Assembly (NCBI GenBank): GCA_017546265.1 | Contig: JAFYXG010000012.1 | Span: 146,359 to 210,358 of the forward strand | Length of the DNA: 64,000 nt | Origin: Alphaproteobacteria bacterium | GTDB lineage: Bacteria; Pseudomonadota; Alphaproteobacteria; Rs-D84 | Direction of reading: 5' to 3' | Part shown: piece after piece, positions 39,479 to 48,357 of the stretch | Position numbering within the stretch: the stretch's first letter is position 1 | How the letters are laid out: every line of letters starts with the position of its first letter | Notes under the pieces: model-generated | What the model was told of the DNA's origin: nothing | What the model saw: the letters and a program-made list of their open reading frames with translations, nothing else | Databases searched by the model: none | Program-made: the position numbers and the translations under genes

Positions 39479-39544
39479 TGCCAAGCAAGGGTGTTGTTTC
39501 CTTTTGTTTGACAAAAGAAAGTATTTGTGTTATATTTCTGTGCT

Positions 39545-40510
39545 ATGCAAGAAAAAATTATTTTTGTTTTTCCAGGGCAAGGTGCGCAATACGTTGGTAT
39601 GGGTGCAGATGTTTTTCGTGAATTTGCATCGGCACGATACGTTTTTGAGCAGGTGTCAGATATTGCAAAGCACGATATTGCAAAACTTTGTTTTGAAGGT
39701 CCGCAAACAGAATTAAACCGGCCGGAAAATACTTCTTTGGCAACGTTTGCGCATTCTGTTGCGATTGCGAATGTTATTGAAAGTGAATTTGGTATGCCAC
39801 TGTACAATATTGCGTATGCGATGGCGGGACATTCAATGGGACAGTATTCTGCATTGTATTGCGTGGGCAGTATGCAGATGGCCGATGCTGTGCAGATGTT
39901 GGCGGCACGTGCAACGTATATGCAGGATGCTGCAGGGGCAGGTGGTATGGCGGCGATTGTTGGACTGCCCAAGGATGTGGTGGATCAATGTATGGTTGTG
40001 GCCGCAGGGCATGGTTATGTACAGATTTCAAATCATAATGCACGTGATCAATTTATTATCAGTGGGCATAATGCTGCGCTGGATGCGGTGGTTGCGGCGG
40101 CACAAAAACAGGGGGCGCGTATTGCAAAGCGTTTAAATGTAGCGGTGCCGGCACACTGTGTATTGATGAGTGATGCAGAAAAGTTAATGCGTACACGCAT
40201 GGAATGTATTCAGTTTGAGGCCCCAAAAACAAATTGGTATTCAAATCAGACGGCCAACTTTATGTCAAATCCACGTGATGTGCGTGATGCACTGTGTAAT
40301 CAGATGATGCATGGGGTGCGTTGGTTGGAAATTATGGAATCTTTTCCAACCTATAATATTACACACAGTTATGAATTGGGCCCAGGGCGGACATTGTCAG
40401 GGCTGATAAAGCGGGCAGGGGTCGGTTGTTCCGCACGGCATACTGATGCACTGGGGAATGTACGTGTGGTGTTGCGTGAAATTGGTAATCTGATGGTCAA
40501 GATGCGTTAA
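39545..40510 (+). CDS. fabD: Malonyl-CoA:ACP transacylase
   Basis: FVFPGQGAQYVGMG, active-site GHSMGQY. Confidence 0.9.
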   Translation: MQEKIIFVFPGQGAQYVGMGADVFREFASARYVFEQVSDIAKHDIAKLCFEGPQTELNRPENTSLATFAHSVAIANVIESEFGMPLYNIAYAMAGHSMGQYSALYCVGSMQMADAVQMLAARATYMQDAAGAGGMAAIVGLPKDVVDQCMVVAAGHGYVQISNHNARDQFIISGHNAALDAVVAAAQKQGARIAKRLNVAVPAHCVLMSDAEKLMRTRMECIQFEAPKTNWYSNQTANFMSNPRDVRDALCNQMMHGVRWLEIMESFPTYNITHSYELGPGRTLSGLIKRAGVGCSARHTDALGNVRVVLREIGNLMVKMR

Positions 40511-40518
40511 AAACGGCA

Positions 40519-41787
40519 TCAGTTTTTATTCATTTTCTCGCGCAGGGATTCCCAGTATTCCAGACGTTTCTTGATTTCACGTTCAAATCCGCGTTCAACA
40601 GGTTGATAAAAACGTCGTCTGGGCATCGATTCTGGGAAGCAGTTTTGACCGGAAAAGCCAGTCGCTGTATCTGGGTCGTAAATATATCCCGCGTTGTACC
40701 CCAAATCACGCATCATTTTAGTCGGGGCATTTAATATGTTTTTTGGGGGCATCAAACTGCCCGTTTCACGGGCTGCGGCATAGGCTGCCTTTTGTGCACG
40801 ATAGTTCCCAATGCTTTTCGGGGCCGTTCCCAAATATATGACCAGTTGGGTCAGGGCCAGGTCGCCTTCGGGGCTGCCCAACCTTTCGTATGCAGACCAG
40901 GCGGCAATCGCAACCTGAAGTGCGTTCGGATCAGCCAAACCAACGTCTTCGACCGCAAAACGTGTTAAACGCCGAAATATGTACATGGGATCCTGGCCAG
41001 ATGTCATCATACGGGCCGTCCAATATAATGCCGCATCGGTATCACTGGCACGCAGGGATTTATGCACTGCAGATATTAAATTATAGTGTTCATCACCAGA
41101 TTTATCCGACAGGGGTGGACGCCGCTGTACGGCGGAAACCAATGTATCCGGGGTTAATGGTTCTGAAAAATTTGCATTAAACAGGTATTCAACAGTGTTT
41201 AATAAAAAGCGTGCATCGCCATCTGCCATCTGGGCCAGGTGAATACGGGCCGTATCGTCCAGTGGTAATTTCTTTGCGGTAAAGTTTTCCGCACGGGACA
41301 TCAGTGTCAATAAATCCTGGGTTGATAATGGTGACAGTACACCAACATGACAACGTGATAACAATGCGTTGTTTAAATTGAAACTGGGGTTCTCGGTGGT
41401 TGCACCAATAAATACAACTGTCCCATCTTCGAGATAGGGCAATAATGTATCCTGTTGTGTTTTGTTAAAGCGATGAATTTCATCTATGAACAGCAATGTG
41501 CCACGGCCAAGGTCGCGATTCATGCGGGCCGCATCCATTGCTTTTTTTATATCAGAGGTGCCAGAAAATACCGCAGACATTGGAACAAAATCCATGTCAA
41601 CACTGTTCGCCAATGCACGGGCAATTGTCGTTTTGCCACAACCAGGAGGACCCCATAAAATCAGGTTTGATAATTTTTGGTTTTCAACCATACGTCTTAT
41701 CAGACCATTGTCGCCTAGCAATGTTGTTTGACCAACAATATCAGAAATTGTATTCGGACGCATCAAATCGGCAAGTGGACGTGTCAT
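40519..41787 (-). CDS. rarA: Replication-associated recombination protein A (AAA+ ATPase RarA/MgsA)
   Basis: GPPGCGKTT Walker A, FIDEIHRFNK, C-terminal MgsA domain; 422 aa. Confidence 0.9.
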   Translation of the reverse strand: MTRPLADLMRPNTISDIVGQTTLLGDNGLIRRMVENQKLSNLILWGPPGCGKTTIARALANSVDMDFVPMSAVFSGTSDIKKAMDAARMNRDLGRGTLLFIDEIHRFNKTQQDTLLPYLEDGTVVFIGATTENPSFNLNNALLSRCHVGVLSPLSTQDLLTLMSRAENFTAKKLPLDDTARIHLAQMADGDARFLLNTVEYLFNANFSEPLTPDTLVSAVQRRPPLSDKSGDEHYNLISAVHKSLRASDTDAALYWTARMMTSGQDPMYIFRRLTRFAVEDVGLADPNALQVAIAAWSAYERLGSPEGDLALTQLVIYLGTAPKSIGNYRAQKAAYAAARETGSLMPPKNILNAPTKMMRDLGYNAGYIYDPDTATGFSGQNCFPESMPRRRFYQPVERGFEREIKKRLEYWESLREKMNKN

Positions 41788-41807
41788 GATTTTTACTTAA
41801 CTTTTAT

Positions 41808-42218
41808 TTGGTCTTTATTTGTGATATAATAATGTTATTAAATTATAAAGGTTTTGGCAAGTTGGTAAATAAAAATTCTGATTTTACGTTGGCTGTGGCA
41901 AATTTGGCCGCAGCCGCAATTTCGGCAAATCCAAAGTTGTCTATGGAAGAGGCTGTAAAAAATGCACGTGAAATTCTGCGGGGAACATCGCTGACGGCCC
42001 AGCAAATAGAAGATTCTGTACAATTGGATAAAATTCAATGTTTCGAAGATGGAACATGGCATGTGATGCTGCGGAGATATATAAAACGCAGATTTAACCT
42101 GACACCAGAACAATATCGGGATAAATGGGGACTGCCAAATGATTATCCCTTTGTGGCACCAGCATATGCAAAAAAACGTTCGAAAATTGCAAAAAAATCT
42201 GGATTGGGGCGGAAGTAA
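41808..42218 (+). CDS. mucR: Ros/MucR family transcriptional regulator (zinc-finger residues substituted)
   Basis: C-terminal TPEQYRDKWGLPNDYPFVAPAYAKKRSKIAKKSGLGRK is diagnostic of Ros/MucR; the Cys2His2 positions read C-D-R-R. Confidence 0.7.
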   Translation: MVFICDIIMLLNYKGFGKLVNKNSDFTLAVANLAAAAISANPKLSMEEAVKNAREILRGTSLTAQQIEDSVQLDKIQCFEDGTWHVMLRRYIKRRFNLTPEQYRDKWGLPNDYPFVAPAYAKKRSKIAKKSGLGRK

Positions 42219-42242
42219 ATTTTGTTAAAAAGCAGGGAAATT

Positions 42243-44237
42243 ATGAAAGTATTTGTTGATGTTCATGATAAGCGGTGGAATAAACTGAAAGTCGATTTTC
42301 AGAAAATTGCTAATATGGTCGCAGGGGCAAAATATAAAAATGCCGAAGTGTCAATTATCCTGACTGATGATGCAGAAATTCATCAGATAAATAAAAATTT
42401 TCGAGGGGTTGATAAGCCTACTAATGTGTTGTCATTTGAACTGGGGGATGATGTATTGCTGGGGGATATTTATATTTCGTATGATACTGTTCTGTGTCAG
42501 GCCAAAGATGCACAAATTCCAATGGAAAATCACGTGGCACATATGGTTGTGCACGGTGTGTTGCATTTGATGGGATATGACCATATTACTGATGACGAAG
42601 CACAGATTATGGAATTCAAAGAAATCAAGGTGTTGCAAAAAATGGGAATAAAAAATCCATATGAAGATGATATTCAGTGTGTGGATGGTGATTGCTGTCC
42701 AGGGGCACGATTTGTTGCGTGGATAAATAAATTTAAAATTCCTGAAAATGGTGTGTGGCAATATTTGCTGTACGCACTGTTTGGTGCGGTTGCCAGTTTT
42801 GGGTTTGCACCGTTTTATCAATGGTGGTGGACAATAATTGGTATTGGTGGGGCATACTGGCTGACCGTCAGAAATAAAAATATTGGTGGGTTTTGGCGGT
42901 CTTGGATACGGGTGGTGCCGTTTGGGGCGATGTATTCTGTGGCCATGTTTTGGTGGGTTTTGCATTCTATTTATGTGGTGCCAGAACTGACACAGCAATT
43001 TGCAATTTGGACCATCCCAGGTGTCGTTGGTTTGGCAATTGCAGGGGCTTTTATTTTTACGTGGCCGTTTGTTGCAATTGCACAAAAAAAAATCTGTTCC
43101 GTCCGGCGGGTGGTGTTGTTTGCAACGGTGTGGACACTGGTGCTGTGGGCACGTGAATGGATGTTTACAGGTTTCCCATGGAATCCAATTGCCAATATAA
43201 CAATGCAAATCCCAATGTTGGCAAATTCAATGGCAGTGTGGGGGGCATTGGGATTGACCTTTGTTATTGTGGGGGCTGTGGCTGCATTGGTCGAGTTTAT
43301 TAGAAATCCAAAATTAAAACCAAATGGTGTTTTGTGCCTGGTGTGGGTTGTGCTGGGGATTATTGGATGCGGTGCGGGGTATTATAATATGCAACGTGCG
43401 GACAGGGGGGACACAGATGAAAATATTTTAATTCGAATCATTCAACCCGCAGAAAGTCAATCTAAAAAGGCGACCCATAATCGCGAACAGGCCCTGAAAC
43501 AGGCAGAAGAAAACCTGGCAAGGTTGTATGAATTGGCAACAAGACCCGGTGAACCGCAGATTGTTATCCTGCCAGAGACTTCGTATCCATATGTGGTGAT
43601 GGACGGTGATGTGTTTGGATTTGTAAATGCAATAAATAAGCCCGTGATTATGGGGGCGATGTCAGTTGATGTGGGGGGAATGTATAACTCCTTGGTTTCT
43701 GTCAATGCAAATGGTGAAATAGATAAAATTTATAGTAAATCGCATCTGGTGCCGTTTGGGGAATATCGCCCGCTGGGATTTTTGCCGACACCTGCAAATT
43801 TAACCCCAGGAAACGGGCCTGAAATAATCGAGGTTATGGGGTTTAACTTTGTTCCCGCAGTTTGCTATGAGGTGATTTTTTCCGATTCGCTGATGCCACA
43901 GGGAAATACAGAACGAATAAATGCGATCGTAAATATTACAAATGATAGTTGGTTTGGTAATACACCGGGGACGTATCAGCATTTGGATATGGTGCGGCGG
44001 TATGCAATCGAATCGGGATTGCCAATTGTGCGGGCAAATTATTCGGGCGTCAGTGCTTTTATTGCATCGGATGGTTCTATAATTTCATCGCTGCCAGTGG
44101 GGGAGGTTGGTGTTCTGGATGGGTTTGTATGGGGGGAACATATAACACTATATCGCGTAATCGGACTGAATGGTATGATGATTGTTATTTTGATGATTGC
44201 TGTTGTGATTGTCGCTGGATACAGGGATAAAGAATAA
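42243..44237 (+). CDS. Fusion protein: endoribonuclease YbeY (N-terminal) plus apolipoprotein N-acyltransferase Lnt (C-terminal)
   Basis: YbeY HGVLHLMGYDH zinc motif at ~aa 105-115, then no stop codon before a typical Lnt (6-8 TMs plus CN-hydrolase domain with catalytic Cys in VCYEVIF); single continuous 664-671 aa frame. Confidence 0.7.
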   Translation: MKVFVDVHDKRWNKLKVDFQKIANMVAGAKYKNAEVSIILTDDAEIHQINKNFRGVDKPTNVLSFELGDDVLLGDIYISYDTVLCQAKDAQIPMENHVAHMVVHGVLHLMGYDHITDDEAQIMEFKEIKVLQKMGIKNPYEDDIQCVDGDCCPGARFVAWINKFKIPENGVWQYLLYALFGAVASFGFAPFYQWWWTIIGIGGAYWLTVRNKNIGGFWRSWIRVVPFGAMYSVAMFWWVLHSIYVVPELTQQFAIWTIPGVVGLAIAGAFIFTWPFVAIAQKKICSVRRVVLFATVWTLVLWAREWMFTGFPWNPIANITMQIPMLANSMAVWGALGLTFVIVGAVAALVEFIRNPKLKPNGVLCLVWVVLGIIGCGAGYYNMQRADRGDTDENILIRIIQPAESQSKKATHNREQALKQAEENLARLYELATRPGEPQIVILPETSYPYVVMDGDVFGFVNAINKPVIMGAMSVDVGGMYNSLVSVNANGEIDKIYSKSHLVPFGEYRPLGFLPTPANLTPGNGPEIIEVMGFNFVPAVCYEVIFSDSLMPQGNTERINAIVNITNDSWFGNTPGTYQHLDMVRRYAIESGLPIVRANYSGVSAFIASDGSIISSLPVGEVGVLDGFVWGEHITLYRVIGLNGMMIVILMIAVVIVAGYRDKE

Positions 44238-44264
44238 AATAAATAAACCGCCAATGTAGCGGTT

Positions 44265-44486
44265 TTATTGTTTAATTTCACGAAAGGTCATTTGATTCAG
44301 TATCCATACACGTACTGCTGATGACAGGTTCATGTTTCCAGTTCGAGTTGCATCTATTTCATTTATTATGCCCGCAACTGATTTCCCCATTTGGGCAGCC
44401 AGGGTGGTAAGGGCAGTGAAAAATTCAGGCTCGAGAGTAATGCTGGTTTGGTGACCCGATAAAGAAATAGATAGTTTTTTCATCAT
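44265..44486 (-). CDS. Ribbon-helix-helix (RHH_4 / PF13467-like) domain protein
   Basis: KKLSISLSGHQTSITLEPEFFTAL...LAAQMGKSVAGIINEID pattern typical of RHH_4 proteins. Confidence 0.55.
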   Translation of the reverse strand: MMKKLSISLSGHQTSITLEPEFFTALTTLAAQMGKSVAGIINEIDATRTGNMNLSSAVRVWILNQMTFREIKQ

Positions 44487-44494
44487 TTGTTTTT

Positions 44495-45450
44495 CTATAT
44501 TTTGCCAATGATTAAACAGTCCGATAATGCACGATATGGATTGTCATATTTACGAATCGGTGCCAGGGATAGGTTGTCCAGCATAAAGCATGTGCCAAAT
44601 GCATCAAATGCAAACCAAAATAAATCATTGCGACCAAATATCGTATAACCCAATGTTTGGGGCAGGTTGGTTATCTGGTCATTTATCTGTAAAATAGACG
44701 GCACCGGATAACGTGGTTCACGGCTTATTTCGTTTGGACCAAAAATATAGCCGTTGCCCATGTTGATGCCACCACAACTTTGGTATAACTCGTTCATGAA
44801 TTTTGGTAACATTGCACGGCGGCGTTGCTGTAATGATGTGTTGGTTAATGTTATGTTTGCAACTGTTGCTGCGGGGGCCAATATTCCCCCACGGGATTTT
44901 ATGGATGATAAAAATTCAGAACATGTCATAGATATTTCCCCCGTCTTTACATGTCGCGGTCCGCCGCAATTTGTGCAGATATTTGGGCCAGACGGTCTTC
45001 GGTTGCGTTCCCGCCATCGCCACCCGTTGCCGTGTGTGCAGGCAGGTATATTTTCTGGGTCGGGTTTGGCAACCATACGATTTCATTGCGTGATTGTTCC
45101 ATTATGAATCTGTCCAAATTATGGGAATGCGGAAAGGTCCAGCACATGAACATGTTATCCAGTTCTAATTTGCCACCCCATACCAATGGTACACGCAGGC
45201 GAAATGACATGTTTTCAGGGACAGCCTTGCCCATAATCAGATTCATAAATTCGTCCTGGGATAAATTCATAAAAGCCAATGTTTCAACCGTATCTGTCAA
45301 TGAGGTCATAAATTGACGGCATAATTGTTTATATTTTGGAAACCAATCAGGAGATACCGCCGTACGGGTTGGGCGAAACTCTGATACTGGCATGTCGGAC
45401 ATGCCCATGTCGGAAAGTATTTTTTCTGCATTGTTCAAAGTCAGATACAT
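44495..45450 (-). CDS. Hypothetical protein encoded in two overlapping frames (44947-45450 and 44495-45076); possible frameshift, pseudogene or two overlapping genes
   Basis: Two same-strand ORFs overlap by 130 nt; together they would encode ~318 aa; no recognisable domain. Confidence 0.35.
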
Positions 45451-46412
45451 TACATTTTGCCCAGGTATTCTATCACGGTTGATATGTATGACGAAAACGC
45501 ATCAAAGTTGCCATCATCGTCAGATGGAATTGGTGGATTTTCGTGTTCATGCATATATTTATCCAAAGATGACGGTGTGTCAAATGTTAATATATTTGGC
45601 GATTCGGGATTTGCCGAATCGGGGGCAGATAATACAAAGCCGTTTACATTTATGATTATGTCGTCCAGGGTATCTGCAAATACCTGGTTGATAATGTCCA
45701 GGGCAGATTGCAGGGTGGATGTTTTTATGCCAACTGCACCAATCCAAATCGTTTCGTTTATGCCAATCGCGAACAGTGATGTTTGAACACCACCGATTCG
45801 GGGTGTTGGCTTTATAACATAGCCCGCAGATTCAAATATTTCACGTAGTTGGGGCCAGTCATTAGTTTCTGTTTTTTGTGGTGTCTTTGGCGTGTGTGTT
45901 GGAGTCGCTTGCACAACCGGTGTCGGGTGCAAGATTGGTGTTACCGACAGGTTCAGTCGTGGTGGACGTGACAGATTTATTTCAGGAATTTGTTGTGTCT
46001 GCAGTGCAGGTGCGGATTCCGATTTTGTTGGTTGCGGGACAGAGACCACAGATACTGATATGGGCGGTTGTATAGTGCTGGGCGACTTGGTCGCCGCAGG
46101 TGTAGTCGTTTTTTCTGGGTTTTTTGTATAATTTGAATGAACTGTATAGCGATGTGGAATTGGAATTTTGCGTATGCGTGGCCGTAACAGCAAATATAAA
46201 ACATAGATAGTTAAAAATATTGCAATTATCATCGAGATGTAAAATAGCGGGGTGACAGGATTTTGTGCCGCCTGCATATAACCAAGGTATTTCCAATGGG
46301 ATGTGGAAAATATGTTAAAACCAAATTGACTGTTAAACCAAAAGCATGCCCCAAGGGCCGCAACCATCAGCCACAAGGTGCCTAGTAAAATATTGTTTAT
46401 TTTGTCTCTCAT
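45450..46412 (-). CDS. Membrane protein with two N-terminal TMs, a Pro/Thr-rich linker and a C-terminal globular domain; unknown function
   Basis: 320-335 aa; an alternative upstream Met at 46457 is possible. Confidence 0.45.
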   Translation of the reverse strand: MRDKINNILLGTLWLMVAALGACFWFNSQFGFNIFSTSHWKYLGYMQAAQNPVTPLFYISMIIAIFLTIYVLYLLLRPRIRKIPIPHRYTVHSNYTKNPEKTTTPAATKSPSTIQPPISVSVVSVPQPTKSESAPALQTQQIPEINLSRPPRLNLSVTPILHPTPVVQATPTHTPKTPQKTETNDWPQLREIFESAGYVIKPTPRIGGVQTSLFAIGINETIWIGAVGIKTSTLQSALDIINQVFADTLDDIIINVNGFVLSAPDSANPESPNILTFDTPSSLDKYMHEHENPPIPSDDDGNFDAFSSYISTVIEYLGKM

Positions 46413-46456
46413 TGCGATTTTAATTGTATCATATTTGTGATAAACTAGAAAGTACA

Positions 46457-47131
46457 ATGATGAATAACGATATTATTTTTGATGATTTTTCACAAAATAC
46501 TGCACTGTGGTGCGGGGGTGATATGGAACAGGGTGAACTGGCACGGGCCGTGGAATATGTGCTGGAAAATAAAATGCATATGATTTCGGTGCCGGCAGAG
46601 GTCGTAAAAGTTGTCTGGCCGTGGCTGGAACAGACGGATGTTAAGATTGTGTCTAGATTCTATTTAACTGGAAATAAAATTTCTGAAAAACAAATATCGG
46701 ATGCGACAATAAATATAAATAATGTTTTTAAACAGGGGGCAAATGGGGCTCAGGTCTTTCTGAGAAATGCTGGATTGGGTGAACTGGTCGAACAGACACA
46801 TGTTATTCGTGATGATTTGTTCTTTGATAAAGATTTAATAATCGGACTGGATATCGCAGATGTAGAACCATGTGACTGGGAAAGTGTTTATGAAAAATTG
46901 CGTAAAATAAATGCGTCTGCATTGATGTTGGTGTTGACACGCGATATGGGAATAAAGTCGGACTTTCTGGGGCGATTTTTTGGGGCGATGAATGCGTGGA
47001 ATCCTGGTAATAATTTCGATTTGCATTTTATGCTGGGGAATAATCCAATGCGTATCGAACAGGTAATGCGAATCGCAAAACAAACGAAACCGCATTTGTT
47101 GAAAAATATGCGGTTCTTTGTGAATTACTGA
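46457..47131 (+). CDS. Hypothetical cytoplasmic protein
   Basis: ~225 aa ORF divergent from the membrane-protein operon; no confident domain call. Confidence 0.45.
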   Translation: MMNNDIIFDDFSQNTALWCGGDMEQGELARAVEYVLENKMHMISVPAEVVKVVWPWLEQTDVKIVSRFYLTGNKISEKQISDATININNVFKQGANGAQVFLRNAGLGELVEQTHVIRDDLFFDKDLIIGLDIADVEPCDWESVYEKLRKINASALMLVLTRDMGIKSDFLGRFFGAMNAWNPGNNFDLHFMLGNNPMRIEQVMRIAKQTKPHLLKNMRFFVNY

Positions 47132-47748
47132 TTTTTCAGAATTAAATATCGTGGGGAATCTGTGCCGGCCTTGTTTTTATGCTGGTACCGCGTCTGGATT
47201 ATTGCCATATCTGGAATTGTTGCGACCAGATTTGTGTCTTTGATTTGTTCTAAAATCCAATCAAAGTATTCCCAGTGATCTGTACCAATAATAATTTCAC
47301 CGTTATCTGCCAGGTATTTTGATAATGTGGTTAAAAAATCGGCAGACAGTAAACGGCGTTTTTCATGGCGGGCCTTGGGCCAGGGGTCTGGGTGCAATAC
47401 CCAGATTTGTTCAAATTTAGAATCTGTATCCCGCAGAAAATCACGAACATCGTCCGCCCAAATGCGAATGCCGGTATATTCGTCCAAAACCCGATTCGTT
47501 TTTTCGTCTGTTATCGCAGACATCAGGCTGGCCACGCCGTTCATAAAAGGCTCGGCCCCGATGATGATTTTCTCTGGATTTTCGCGTGCCAAATCGCGTA
47601 CGTGTTCGCCCGCGCCAAAGCCAATTTCAAGAATGTCGCCAGTTGTTGGTTTTAAGTTAGGCAACAGGTTTTCAACCAGCCAATTTTGCCGGGTCGATAA
47701 TTTTTTGCCGTGACGGCGACCAAATGTTCTTATTTCTTGTTTTTCCAT
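47125..47748 (-). CDS. trmB: tRNA (guanine-N7)-methyltransferase
   Basis: SAM-binding EIGFGAGEH, conserved TrmB C-terminal region; 207 aa. Confidence 0.85.
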   Translation of the reverse strand: MEKQEIRTFGRRHGKKLSTRQNWLVENLLPNLKPTTGDILEIGFGAGEHVRDLARENPEKIIIGAEPFMNGVASLMSAITDEKTNRVLDEYTGIRIWADDVRDFLRDTDSKFEQIWVLHPDPWPKARHEKRRLLSADFLTTLSKYLADNGEIIIGTDHWEYFDWILEQIKDTNLVATIPDMAIIQTRYQHKNKAGTDSPRYLILKNQ

Positions 47749-47796
47749 ATATTTAGTATAGAATTGAGTTTTGTAAAATACAAGGAATATGTAGAT

Positions 47797-48357
47797 ATGG
47801 CAGAATTTCCAACGCGAATAGATTGTGGTTGTTTTGAAATGTGTAAGCCTGAGGCGACTTTTCAGTTGGCGACAGACTTGTTTCGCATGGTTGATAAAAA
47901 TCGTGCTTTTTTAGAGCCTTGGTTGGGCTGGGTAGATTTTGTAAAGGGGCCAGAAGATGAGTTTTGTATTGTGCAATCTGTGGCACAAAAAGATACGGGA
48001 AAATATTTTATTTCTGTAAATGGTGCGGTACATGGTATGGTTGGTTTTGTCCAAGAGCATAAATCAAAACAGACTGTTGAAATTGGGTATTGGTTGGATA
48101 ATGCAATGAATGGTCGTGGTGTTATGACCCGTGCAGTAGATGAATTAACAGGATTGGCATTTGGTATTTTGGGGGCAAATCGTGTTGAAATTCAGGCGGC
48201 GGTTGAAAACAGGAAGTCGCGTGCAATTCCAGAAAGACTTGGGTTCAATCAAGATGGTATTTTGCGTCAGCGTGAGATTGTTCGTCCGGGTGTAATTCAA
48301 GATGTGGCAATTTATTCAAAATTAAAGTCAGAATGGGCAAAAGGAAAACAAAAATGA
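47797..48357 (+). CDS. GNAT family N-acetyltransferase (RimJ/RimL-like)
   Basis: IGYWLD...GRGVMTRAVDEL acetyl-CoA binding motif; ATGA overlap with gltX. Confidence 0.7.
   Translation: MAEFPTRIDCGCFEMCKPEATFQLATDLFRMVDKNRAFLEPWLGWVDFVKGPEDEFCIVQSVAQKDTGKYFISVNGAVHGMVGFVQEHKSKQTVEIGYWLDNAMNGRGVMTRAVDELTGLAFGILGANRVEIQAAVENRKSRAIPERLGFNQDGILRQREIVRPGVIQDVAIYSKLKSEWAKGKQK

Noticed and set aside
46424-46457. Apparent 34-nt head-to-head overlap between the 45450-46457(-) and 46424-47131(+) ORFs
   Set aside because: Both have internal Met codons (46412 on -, 46457 on +) that remove the overlap and leave a plausible 44-bp divergent promoter region. The longer versions are most likely ORF-caller extensions.
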